Translations under genes and position numbers: made by a program
The notes under the pieces: model-generated
What the model was told of the DNA's origin: nothing
The model's input: only the letters and a program-made list of their open reading frames with translations
Databases searched by the model: none
Assembly: GCF_001194135.2 (NCBI RefSeq)
Contig: NC_068985.1
Span: 43,243,772 to 43,307,771 of the forward strand
From: Octopus bimaculoides
Lineage: Eukaryota
Length of the DNA stretch: 64,000 bases
Reading direction: 5' to 3'
Shown here: positions 40,171-52,859 of the stretch, piece by piece
How positions within the stretch are numbered: the first letter of the stretch is position 1
How the letters are laid out: each line of letters begins with the position of its first letter

Positions 40171-42601
40171 ACATCAAGAATGGCACTGGAGAGACGCTCG
40201 CTCTCTCTCTCTCTATCTATCTATCTATAAAAATGGGAGAAAAATACATTGGATACAGCACTACTTCAAAATAAAATACAATGGTCATAACTGGAATACC
40301 TTTTGATCCCACTGATACTATCTTTTAATAACTTTCAGATTATTTCATTTCATTTGAAGAAAACAAACTAAATGTAAAACTTATTTATTCTGTGTTAACC
40401 CTTTATTGCCATATTGTTATCATATTATATCAGCTTTTATCTATTGAAATACAATGCTTTTGTTAGCATTACTTTTAAAACTAATGAAGAATTTTGTAAA
40501 ATAACTAAAACTGATGTTTGAGACATAAATTAACATGGAAGGTTTTAATTCAGATGCCTTTAAATCATAGAACCAAGGACAGTCTCTGGTCTCAGAAGGG
40601 TTCAGTATTTAGGGTTTCCCTTCCCTTCTGTGTATTTAATTCAAATTAACTGTGACTGGCATTGTTGGGACTGACTTTGGGTATCCTGATTTTAGAGCAG
40701 GTACACCTGCACTTTGCATGAGAAAAATATAAGGTTTGGTATCAAGAAGGGCATCTGACCATAAAAGGGAATCATGATGGGCATGATAGAGCTCACAAGG
40801 CTATCTCCCCTTTATCAGGGAAAATTATCTTAAAACATTTGTTTTTCTTAGAAAAGAAAAATACCAGTGGATGTACTGAGGATTGATGCAATGAGCTATA
40901 TGTACTCTTGTGATAGTGTATCAACCAGCTGTATATACCCTTGTATCAATATAGCTGATTGTAAGGCGTCGAATTGGTAGCATGCCAGGCAAAATGGTTA
41001 GCAGCATTTTGTCCGTCTTTACATTCTGAGTTTAAATTCCACTGAAGAATTTAAACTTACTCCCTACCCCTAAATTGCTGGCCTTGTGCCAGAATTTGAA
41101 ATCAATATGTATGTGTGATTGTGTCAGTCAGTTATATACACTTGTGGCATTGTGTCTCTATGAACTCAATGATAAGGATGTAGAATAACTTCAAACTGTT
41201 TTTAGGTGTGTTGTTGTACAGTCTCACATCAACTTTGTTACTTTGTTCAGTGATATTCCATGACCATCTCATCTTTCTTTCTCAGGCATGGTGTATATAA
41301 AAACAATTTTATCTAATGTTAAGGTGGAAAACAGCAGTCTTTAGAGCATCAGACAGAATCATCATTTAATACCTATGTTCCATGCTAGCTTGTGTTAGAC
41401 AACTGAACAGGATTCAATAGACCCAAGAACTGCATCATTGTTCCAGTATCTGCTTTGGTATGGTTTCAATGACAGGATCCCCTTCATAAAGTCAACCACT
41501 TTACAGTATGTACTTGGTGCTTTTTTGCATGCCACCAGCACTAGTGAGCTCACCATGCAGCTTCCAAGACTATGAACCCTGAGGGTTAACTTTGTGCTAA
41601 GAGACAAGGGTAAAATATGGGTAACAGTATGAGAGAAGGAGCCAGAGCAGAATAGGTTTCTTGCTGTACAGGAGCTACATGACTACTCACCTTTTAGAAA
41701 AAAGGGTAGTAGTGGTTCCAGTTCTCTGTACTCTGTAACTGAGTTCCAATCCTGTTGAGGCAAACTTTACCTTTTGTCCTTTCAAATTTGATAAATTAAG
41801 AACTAATATAGAGTTATGGGTTAGCAGAATGGTTAGAGCATTGTAAAAGACACTTTGTTGTATTTCTTTCAGTTCTTTACAGTCAGAGTTCTTGAATGGT
41901 ATACTTATCCTGGCTCCCAGTTCAGTACTCACCTCTTCGTCCTTGAGTGTCTTTAGCAGAATTCAATCTGTTCCTAGCATTTGGGACAGATCACCTGTTT
42001 GAAGATAACTTCTTCCTTTCCTCCCACAAGCTTTGGATGCCTTGCGAAAACCATTGAGGGTCATGAATCCTACCCTTCCTTCTTTAATGAAACAGTAAAG
42101 AAAAATGGGGACCACTCTCAACTGATATGATATTGACAATGAACACTATTAGATCAGGGTAGACCTGGTAATAAACAATAACACGTATTTAGTATATAAA
42201 CACCTGAGCAGCTGATACAGCTTCAACAATGAAGCTTACAAGGAAATCTTTCAACAAATGTTTCAGGCAATTTTGGACAGTTTCTAACACAGCAACAACA
42301 GAAGCAGTAGTTGTAGGATGAGGAGGAGTAGTAATAAGCCATTCACAATTTTTTTAATAGCACTCTTCATCTCCTCCCCTCATTAATCTTCTTCTTCATG
42401 GCTATTTAATATATAACATTAGTTATTCTGACAATATCTGGTGAGGAGGTGGAGGAAGACAAGAAGTTAATGTAAAGCAAAGTATTTATTGTATAAATAA
42501 CAATGTGCCTACACACTCCGTATACCTAATTAAATGGTTTCTCCTAATCACAATGGTTTCTAATAATAGTCCCACAGACACACATTTGGGAATGATTATA
42601 G

Positions 42602-42829
42602 TTAGCCCCTTAGCATTTAAACCATCCATATCCAACTCGAATATTCTACCTGTTTTATGTTAAAACTTCCTAGATCTGGCATCACACATCTACCCTATGA
42701 TGTCATTCTAAAAATAAGCAATCACATCACTGAAATCTCAAAGCCAGGAGATAATGCATGATTAATTCAAAACAATGTAAATAAATAAGCATAACATTTG
42801 ACAGAGTAATCTGAATGCTAAAGGGTTAA
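42602..42829 (+). mobile_element. piggyBac-like MITE
   Basis: Ends CTAAAGGGTTAA. Same interior as 39942-40170 in the opposite orientation. Partial copies near 58470-58590 and 59340-59445. Confidence 0.65.
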
Positions 42830-44754
42830 ATCCATCCCAATACTTCACTGCTGGGTATTAGTTGTTGTTTAGCACCAGTCAGCCTTGATCAAGCAGACTT
42901 ATAAGCCAATCCAACCATAACCATCTTTTAGGGACATCTAGAACTACATTATCCAGTGTAGCCTTCCATTTCTCAAGTCAATAGAATGTCATTTGAAGGA
43001 GGGGGTCTGGCAATTATTTTTATCAGATCTTTCATGTGGCAGTCACCTTTATTGACTCACGCATATGATTTGAGGGAGATTTGATTGCTATTTCTAACTG
43101 GTCTAACTACCTTGTTGAGGTCTCCTTCTCTAGTTCATACATACATGAGACAGTAGAGTGTGATTTGAAGGAGATTTGGTTGCTAATGGTACTAGGTCAA
43201 CCAAGATCTCTATTGTTGGCTCATACATATGACAGCAGAAGATTTGGCTGCTTTTTCCAACAAGTTTACCTATCACACAGGGGTCTTCATTTCTGGCTCA
43301 TACATACATACATACATAAGATAGTAAGATATCATCATCATCATAGCATTTACTATGCTCTTTCTATCACATAACTCAGCAATTCTCAAACTGACAAATA
43401 ACACCCCACCCCTGCTAGAAAAGTCTTTGTGAAATGTTTTGTCTCTCCATGTAATTCTTCTTTCTTTGACATAGAGTTGTTTAAAAACTAGATTTATAGA
43501 TACTTCTTTCGAAATTCCTATTTGTTTTTTCACACATTAATTATGTAAAATGTTAGAGAAAGAATCCTAGCTGTTTCTTGCGATACATACCAATACATAC
43601 ATCTAAAGCAAAATTTTTTCAGGAGCCCTTCAAATTCTATTTAATATTTTGTTACATGGATCCCCAAAAAACTTATACGGCCTTGGTTGAGAATCACTGG
43701 ACTAAACCCTTTGAAGCAGTGCCTCAATATGGTTTCAGTCCAGTGGCTCAAACGTGTAAAAGAGAATAAAAGAGAAATTCCTCACAGCACTCTCTCCTTA
43801 TGAGAAACAACTTGATTAATATTATAGTATCTAATAAACTGCAGGGTTGAACATTTTGGTACAATTCTATGGTTTCTTAAATCAACACTAGTACTTGACT
43901 GTTATTTATTTTATTGACTTCTCCTTGATAGATGAAAGGTGTAGTTAACCTTCGTGGGATTTGAACTCTGAATATAAACAGCCTACAGCAGTTCTACTCT
44001 TCAATGCAATTCCTTAAATAATATCTAATAATAAACTGGTTTTTCTGTAGGCTTACTGGTGATTTCATGCATATTTCTGTTATTGATCTGAACTGTATGT
44101 GATTATCAATCATAACACTGCACTACTGGATAGACATGTCAACAATTGTATGGATCAATCAACTGTTATTGCACATAAAGAGAGAGGAGTGTGTGAGAGA
44201 GAGAGAGAGATTGGATAACAAAGTAACATATCAGTGCAACTGAAAAGAAGGAATGCCTTAAGAGCCAGTCCATCATAACTTGCTCAAGTGGCACCATCAT
44301 CATGACCATTATTATCACCACTGCCACCACCATCCTCATTCATCATCATCATCACTACTAATACTACACATCACTTTCATTATTATTGCAATCATCACCA
44401 CTATCATCATTGTCATCAGCAGCAATTTGGTTAACATCTATTTTTCTCTCTCCATCCTTGTACAGATAAGATGACTGTGTCAGCTCAAATTTATCATCAT
44501 AGCTTAGGAGAAGAGAGAGAGACAGACAGACAGAGCATAAGGATCTGCAGTACCATGCTTTTGCCACACATAGGGAATATAGAGGTGGGAAATGCCAAGG
44601 TAGTGTGGGGCAAAGACAGAAATAGTGAAACATAGAAAGCTGGAAGTATTGATAGAAAAAGAATAGAGAAAGATAAAAGAATATAGGTTTACATTATTAT
44701 TATCCAGACAGATATATATGTATTATTATTATCACAGACAGATCTTGTGTGGTT

Positions 44755-45170
44755 TTTACAATCCAAGGAGCAAGCCATAACCAATGATCAAAGGTCCTTT
44801 AGGATTCTTTCATCAGCTCAATATTTGAATCACCTTCCCTAGAATCGTTGCAATTCCCAGTAATGTTGGCTCCTTATTTTTTATTTATTATTTTTTTCAG
44901 TAGTAGTGGTTCCATTTAAATGTTGATCCTAGTCTTCTTCATTATCTTTGTGATTGTTGCAAGAGTACCTACTACCACTGGTGCAATTTCCACATTTTTC
45001 AAGCTCCACACCTATGCAACTTCTCTAACATTTTTCAGTTTTTTTTTTTTTTGGTTCCTTTTTTTTATACACTCTGTCATAACTGAGAGATGCTGTATCA
45101 GTTATCATGTGGTGTTTTCCCTTCTGTTGATGATAACAATGTCTGGCTTTCTTTCCTCATTTGTTTGATC
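44755..45170 (-). mobile_element. Degenerate R4/Dong-like non-LTR retrotransposon 3' end (REL endonuclease)
   Basis: Minus-strand remnants RKPDIVIINRREN, VWSLKNVEIAPVVVGTLATITK and TLLGIATILGKV resemble the RPDIV..D / W...V.V.PVVIGALG / LLGTA.ILR motifs of R4-type endonucleases. Confidence 0.55.
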
Positions 45171-46904
45171 ATATTGAATATTAAAATTCCACAACAAACT
45201 AACATATTCATTTTGTTTCACTACATTGATATTCGTACATTTATCATCTCTATTTAAATTATAATTTCCATACAGTATCTAATGAAAATGAATGAAGCGT
45301 GCAATGTTGTCATACTTCCTTTTCTCTTCTCTTTCTACAATCTCACTATATTCACCCACTCTGTGACTCTTGCTTTCACCATTTATTTTTATCACAAACT
45401 CAACGTAAGAATTAATCAACATTCTTATTGATGTGTTATTTTACAGTTTGTTCTAAGTGCTTGTTCTTGTGCAGCAGAAATTAAGATTTCAATTCCAGAT
45501 GTTAAGCCTGATTTTCACTTGCAGTTACATGACCCTAATCCCTACTGTTACTTATATCTCTAACAAACTGTTTATACATTGCTTTTCCACTCCACTGTGT
45601 CTCTTTTTCCTCTATTCTGATTCTTATATTCATCTTTATCAATACAGTCTGTAGTTTCCATCACTCCAATGACTTTTACACCGGACAACAATGGTTCTGA
45701 ACTGTTAGCTACATACCATCCCAAATTCTGCTCTTTATTTTTTATACCTTCTTTGCAACCTATCAGACTTCCTCCATAGAAACCAATCCGAAAATTAAAC
45801 GTGAGATGAGGTCCCCCAACCTGTTATGGTGTGCAGCACCTCTACAATATGTGTTGACATTGACTGTGAAATGCTTCTGTTTTGCAAATGACTGCCTGGG
45901 TTTCCATATCTCCTCAAAAGAGTTAGATAAATCTCTGGCACATGTGTGACATAATGTATACTCCTTCAACTAGAGCAGGGTATATGGAATGTATTATTTG
46001 TTAAGATTGGAATTGAGACAGCATGTAAAATTCATGCACAACATACCTATCCACAAGCTGTGTCACAATATATGGGGGGGAAAAAATACATTGATCAAAC
46101 CCACAGCTGGGTGTTCCCTTTGAGGAGACCAGAAAGATAAAAGACTAGCAGGAAGCTGGAAGGTCCTTTCAAAGGAACTCCCATCCTTCTGAAGTGCACA
46201 AACTTCACGGTTATCTAAAGGAACATTTATATGAACCACTGGTTAAAATACTGGTTTAGAAGGAGTTAGGGGATAAATACACTGAACCCAAAGATGATAA
46301 ATGGTTGGGGAAAGCATCAACAATAGTTTATCTACAACTATAGGAGCATTGCCTAAAGAATGTAAAAGTCTTTTTGTGATTTGGGGAAAACTGAAGAAGT
46401 TCATGACTGAATTCTGAAGACCCGGGTAACAGTCAGGAGAAGGCAAGGAGTAAAAGGTGATTAAATTCAATGCCTTTGTCTTTCAATTGCTAATTTCTTG
46501 TTAAAGGTTACAGGTGTTATAGATGATTGTAGTACTAGTCAAACTGACAAGTTTCCCAGACTATGATTCATAAAAGTGTAGTTCTGTGAAGTGGGATGAA
46601 ATCCAAAGACAAAGTATTTTTTATGTCTTGCATTTTATTTCCTACTACTATCCTTCTTTCCAATGATAGTGGCATTTCTGCTCTTTTCAGGGCTTCAGTA
46701 TTTCACCATGACCCTGGCAGGGTAGCTGACGGATGTTATGCTTTGCCAAAGGGCAACCTGTGATTTTGTCTGGGACTGCTTATTAAGTATCCACAGCTAA
46801 CCTGTATATATCTACAGGAGATTCTCCTATCTGCAAACCGGGGACCCAACAGATGCTCTAATTCTCCCTAGGTATTGATTTCTTACCCCTGTATTATTAA
46901 TCAT

Positions 46905-47275
46905 CATCATCATCGTCGTCGTCGTCGTTTAACGTCCGCTTTCCATGCTAACATGGGTTGGACGATTTGACTGAGGACTGGTGAAACCAGATGGCTACAC
47001 CAGGGTCCAATCTGATTTGGCAGAGTTTCTACAGCTGGATGCCCTTCCTAACGCCAACCACTCCGAGAGTGTAGTGGGTGCTTTTACGTGCCACTGGCAC
47101 GAAGGCCAGTCAGGCGGTACTGGCAACAGCCACGCTCAAAATGGTGTATTTTATGTGCCACCTATACAGGAGCCAGTTTGGCGGCACTGGCAACGATCTC
47201 GCTCGAATATCTTTACACGTGCCATCCAGCACAAGTGCCAGGAAGGTGATGCTGGGCACAGGTGCCATGACAATT
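46905..47275 (-). mobile_element. RTE 3'-end fragment with (GAT)n tail
   Basis: Reverse complement of the family ending ...CCCATGCTAGCATGGAAAGCGGACGTTAAACGATGATG. Confidence 0.75.
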
Positions 47276-47294
47276 TCGCTTTCAATAATGATAA

Positions 47295-47792
47295 TACAGT
47301 AATCCCTCAACTATAACGAGTATTACATTCCAACACCCCCCACCGCGATAGGTGAAAATCCGCAAAGTAGAAACAGTACTGTATATCTTTTTTATTATCA
47401 TTTTAATTTGTATATATTTATTTTATTATTTTTATATATTTAAGCTTTCATAAACTCTTCCCATACTCTTAGGAGTTTCGTTTTCCATACAGTATATGCG
47501 ATTGTTTGTTTACTCATTTACAGTACACTATGTACTTTCTTTTAATATATCTTAATTAATGTGTTATACAGTGCAGTACTGTACTGTATTTTCATTTATT
47601 AATTTTTAGGCATGAAAATGCTTATTTTACCACAGAAATAGTTGAAATCTAAAAAAAAAAATACTTATTGGCTGCAGAAACCCACGATATACTGAGGAGT
47701 TTGCATTATAAATTTACATATATTAGCCAGAAAAATCCATGATCTACTGAGGGTGTGATAGGTGAGCCATGATATGGTAAGTGATTACTGTA
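47295..47792. mobile_element. pogo/Tigger-like MITE
   Basis: TACAGTAATCCCTC ... GTGATTACTGTA termini, opposite orientation to the 24506 copy. Confidence 0.65.
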
Positions 47793-48914
47793 ATACATTC
47801 TACTATAGGCACAAAGCCTGAATTCTTGTGGGAGGGAGTAGTTGATTATATTGATCCCAGCGCTCAGCTGCTACTTATTTCATCAACCCCAAAGGGATGA
47901 AAGGCAAAGTCAACCTTGGCAATATTTGAATAAGTAATGCTGAATGTTTTGTCTGGTGCAGCAATAATTTTGTTAGCTCGCTGACTTATAATAATAATGA
48001 TAATAATAATAATCTTGTTATAAATTTCTATTATAAAATATATCAATCCTAGAGCTAGTATGTCAGCTATTCCGTTAATTTAAGCTGCTACTCATCAGAC
48101 ATGAACATTTTTCATCCATGTGATTTTTGCTATTTCATCATGCATTGATCAATTAACTAGCGATCTGGCCACCTCTGTTGCTGCTGTTATTGATGAATAT
48201 GATGATGATGATGGAGAGGGTGGTGGTGGATGTGGTGATGGTTATCACAACTGTGCAAATCACAAAGTTATCTGTAACTATAATCCTCCCTGACATTAAT
48301 TTCCCTTGCAGACATTAGATTAATATTAACCTCACAGTAGCAGATTACTTGCTAACTCCACCTCCCCCTCTCTCCCCCACCATCTTTTGTTCTTAATCTG
48401 TGTTGTGTTTGCTTTATTCTGTTTTATCAAAAACCCTGATTAAGTTACTTTGTGCATGACTTAATTGTGGTTTGTTCTTTATCCAAGTTATTTATTGCTC
48501 TCACTCTGGTTCTAAAGGTGTAATATATAAAATAAAACAGTTTTCCCTTTGGTCACAATAGCAACAGTGCCAGGCCTGGAAGTATGAATGCCAGCATAGC
48601 TATGTAGTTAAAAAGTTTGTTTTGCCATCACTTGGTTCCTGGTTCAATTCCACTGCATTGTACTTTAAACAAGTGTTTTTTACCACATTTGACTGACCTG
48701 AAGTTGTGGTAATTAAACTCAGTAAACCAAAACTGTAGATGTTCTTCAGGGTCACTGAACTTTGCCTTGGGCCCTCAATTCCTGACAGAGTCATGGGAGC
48801 ACTATCACAACACATGGTGTGTCTTGAGCATTTAAACCAGTGGTTTAACCGGGGTCCATATAAGATTTTGTTGTTAAAATTTATGTGCAACAAACTAGCT
48901 ATACTTCTACAATA

Positions 48915-49291
48915 GGTGCAGGTGTGGCTGTGTGGTAAGAAGCTTGCTTCCCAACCACATGGTTCCAGGGTCAATCCTACTGCGTGGCACCTTGGACAAA
49001 TGTCTTCCACTATAGCCTCGGGCTGACCAAAGCTTTGTGAGTAGATATGGTAGACAGAAGCTGAAAGAAGCCTGTCATATATGTGTGTATGTGTCTGTGT
49101 GTGTTTTCCCATCATTACTTGACAACCGGCGTTGGTGTGTTTACATCCTTGTAACTAAGCGGTTCAGCAATAGAGACAGATAGAATAAGTACTAGGCTTA
49201 AAAGATAAGTCCTGGGGTCGAATTGTTCAACAAAAGCACTTCAATCAGCATGGCCACAGTGAAATGACTGAAACAAATAAAAGAATAAAAG
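48915..49291 (+). mobile_element. SINE family A copy
   Basis: Homology to 24115-24503. Confidence 0.7.
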
Positions 49292-49620
49292 AGCACACAA
49301 AATATCTTAATTTTTTAATACAATTCCTAATTACATTTGATTATAAAAACACGGTAGGATTTTTTAATATAGATCAAATAGGTATGGAGGCTCACGAGAG
49401 TAAAATAGGAATCAAAGGAGTCCATAGGAAGGACACATTGAATGATATAGTCCTAGATACTCTATGTCTGAGAAAAAGACAGGATGGTCAGGGCTGAAAT
49501 TCTTTTGATCTACTAGATGAGGGCTGATCTGGAGCTAAACAGCTGTAGTTACAACTACATACCTACCTGCAGTGTATTTGAACTTAAGACCTTTGAACTG
49601 GTTTGCAGCACTATATCTAC

Positions 49621-49634
49621 TGATGCTGCTGCTG

Positions 49635-49672
<38 letters not shown>
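49621..49672. repeat. (CTG)n(CTA)n trinucleotide microsatellite
   Basis: Directly visible. Confidence 0.95.
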
Positions 49673-50828
49673 GTTGCTTGACCTTTCAGTATCCGATAGC
49701 ACTAGTGAAACACTGAACTCTGCAAAGATTAGCAGCATGAGCAGTGGGAGGAGGGGGAATTAACCTGATGCACCACATACTTAACACATAAGTAGTAGTG
49801 GTGGTGTTTTTAGACATACAGTGTTCCTTAGTACTAACCCTTAGTGCCGGNNNNNNNNNNNNNNNNNNNNNNNNNNNNNNNNNNNNNNNNNNNNNNNNNN
49901 NNNNNNNNNNNNNNNNNNNNNNGGGGGGGGGGGGGTGAACTGGGGCAAATTACCCTAAGTGGGGTAAAAATGAAATTATTGAGGGTAATGAGGACTCATT
50001 AGACAAAAGTAACATTATATAAAAAAACGTGTTCTTTGTTACAACAAAAGCTTTTCTTCTGGCATGAGGAGGCAGTCAAAAAGTTGCTGCCTTTGCAAAC
50101 AAGGATTTTCCACTCAAATGAACATAAAAACAAAGCAGAGTAATTAATTGAATCACAAAGATTGTAGCCAAATTGCTCTGGCATCAAAATGCCCCAATTT
50201 TGTAACAAAAATGAAGCACCATTTCTCCAAAACCTGAAGTGAAAAGTTTCTAGGAAACACCTTTTGTTTTATAATGAGGATATTAATTTATTTTATCACA
50301 TTTGTTTTATACTTTTTATATTTATAATTGTATTCTCCATATAAATAGATTCAATAAACCTTTTGAATTCAAAGAATCTATGGGGTAATGTCAGCGTAAA
50401 TAAATATATTTTGGAGTAATTAGTTAAAAAAGTTCCCCGACTCCTGTCTTAGTGGATCCTGAAACACCTATCAGGTTGTTAAGACTTGTATTCTTGTCAT
50501 TTATGAATCTAAATGAAATCAGCCTAACAAAGCTCTTCTTTTTCCAGCTATGTTCACTGACATCTTGGTTATTAGACATTGTTCTTATTGAAAATAATAT
50601 CTAACCTTCCATTGCAATCTGTTGTTAGGACTGCATTAACAGGAGTTAAGTAACTTTACCAGGGAACACCAATCAGTTCTAGTGATATAATATGCAACCT
50701 TTGGCTGGTAGACCAGTATCCTGTTACCTCAGCAAATTAGCATTTGATTTATTCTAATATTAGTTTACTTAGCAAAATGGCCAAGTGGTGACTGACAACA
50801 TACATACATACATACATATATATATATA

Positions 50829-50990
50829 TCATCATCATCATCATCATCGTTTAACATCCGCTTTCCATGCTAGCATGGGTTGGACGATTTGACTGAGGAC
50901 TGGTGAAACCGGATGGCAACACCAGGCTCCAGTCTAATTTGGCAGAGTTTCTACAGCTGGATGCCCTTCCTAACGCCAACCACTCAGAGA
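50829..50990 (-). mobile_element. RTE 3'-end fragment with (GAT)n tail
   Basis: Only 2 mismatches over 142 bp to the plus-strand copy at 56253-56394. Confidence 0.8.
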
Positions 50991-50997
50991 ATATATA

Positions 50998-51222
50998 CTC
51001 TTTTACTCTTTTACTTGTTTTAGTCATTTGACTGTGGCCATGCTGGAGCACCGCCTTTAGTCGAGCAAATCGATCCCAGGACTTATTCTTTGTGAGCCTT
51101 GTACTTATTTATCAGTCTCTTTTGGCGAATCGCTAAGTTGCGGGGACGTAAACACACCAGCATTGGTTGTCAAGCGATGTTGGTAGGGGGGGGGGGACAA
51201 ACACACACACACACATACATAC
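50998..51222 (-). mobile_element. SINE family A copy (3' part, runs into N gap)
   Basis: Reverse-complement homology to the SINE tail. Confidence 0.7.
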
Positions 51223-51630
51223 NNNNNNNNNNNNNNNNNNNNNNNNNNNNNNNNNNNNNNNNNNNNNNNNNNNNNNNNNNNNNNNNNNNNNNNNNNNNNN
51301 NNNNNNNNNNNNNNNNNNNNNNNNNNNNNNNNNNNNNNNNNNNNNNNNNNNNNNNNNNNNNNNNNNNNNNNNNNNNNNNNNNNNNNNNNNNNNNNNNNNN
51401 NNNNNNNNNNNNNNNNNNNNNNNNNNNNNNNNNNNNNNNNNNNNNNNNNNNNNNNNNNNNNNNNNNNNNNNNNNNNNNNNNNNNNNNNNNNNNNNNNNNN
51501 NNNNNNNNNNNNNNNNNNNNNNNNNNNNNNNNNNNNNNNNNNNNNNNNNNNNNNNNNNNNNNNNNNNNNNNNNNNNNNNNNNNNNNNNNNNNNNNNNNNN
51601 NNNNNNNNNNNNNNNNNNNNNNNNNNNNNN

Positions 51631-51796
51631 TATATATGTATATGTATATATATGTATATGTATATATATGTATATGTATATATATGTATATGTATATATA
51701 TGTATATGTATATATATGTATATGTATATATATGTATATGTATATGTATATATATGTATATGTATATGTATATGTATATATATGTATATGTATATG

Positions 51797-51827
<31 letters not shown>

Positions 51828-51910
51828 GTATATGTATATATATGTATATGTATATATATATATATGTATATGTATATATATATGTATGTATATGTATATA
51901 TATATATATA
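51631..51910. repeat. (TATATG/TA)n microsatellite next to a 408-N gap
   Basis: Directly visible. Confidence 0.95.
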
Positions 51911-52592
51911 TTCAATGAAACAGGATCTAAATATCAGGTCCCATTGGCTTCCTAGGTACCCAGTCTCAGTATGTTTTTACTTCAGCTGAGTAGTCAGTCC
52001 CTCGATGCTAAAGATTTTATCTTCTGCAATACAATTACATTGAACTATTATAGTACAACATTATAGTATCAGATTAATTCTAATAATTAATCAGTCTTTT
52101 AGCTTAAAAGCCAATTAAGGTTAATATAGGATTTCAATGATATATTGTGAGGTTTAAAGTCTTTTTTTTGTTGGCTGTGTATTTAATCTTATGTTAAGCT
52201 GTTTCCTGCTTTTTAAATCTCTCTAACTATAGATTTGGTGCAAAAAAAATTTTTTAATACTGTCTGGAAATATATAATAATGTTTTTTTCTCTGTTTTTA
52301 CCTTTGGAACCTCTTTGATTACTTCTTTATTCTGATAGACCCTCATAACCATTCTGTGTTTAAAAACTAGTTTGAATCAAGTTGAATCGGTGGCTGGAAA
52401 CTTGTTAAACTATGCAAAACATTAAAGAAAGACACCTAGCTGTTTCTTGCAATAAATACATCTAAAACAAAATATATTCATGGCCCCCTTAAAATCCTAC
52501 TGCAGCTCTCCAGTTTACTATTTTGCTTACATGGACCCCCAGAAACTTTATATATACCCTGGTTGAGAACCACTGCTCTAGACAAATGGACA

Positions 52593-52856
52593 GTTGCTAT
52601 CATACCAACGATACTGTACTCTGTAGAGTCTTAACTGTTTCTGAAACACTGTCAACACTGTGCTCTATAGACTTCTAACACTTGCTATCACACCAACAAT
52701 ATTATATTCTATCAACAGTTGCTATCATACAACAAATTCTACACTTTGTGAACTTTAAAAGTTGCTGTCACACCACCAATAATATACTCTGTCAGTAGTT
52801 GCTATAACACCACTAAGTCTCTACTCTATCATTAGTTGGTATCACACTATCAATAC
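52593..52856. repeat. Degenerate 37-44 bp minisatellite
   Basis: Units starting GTTGCTAT-like at 52593, 52681, 52718, 52761, 52798 and 52835. Confidence 0.7.
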
Positions 52857-52859
52857 TTA

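Noticed and set aside
45700-46480. Non-repetitive block with 68-75 aa minus-strand ORFs
   Set aside because: All frames are interrupted and there is no recognisable family. It may be an old TE, but I cannot support a call.
49535-49763. Poly-Leu / poly-Ser ORFs
   Set aside because: Translation of a CTG/CTA microsatellite.
51099-51989. Long ORFs rich in Y/I/M/C/V
   Set aside because: (TA)n/(TATATG)n microsatellite and a 408-N gap, not coding.
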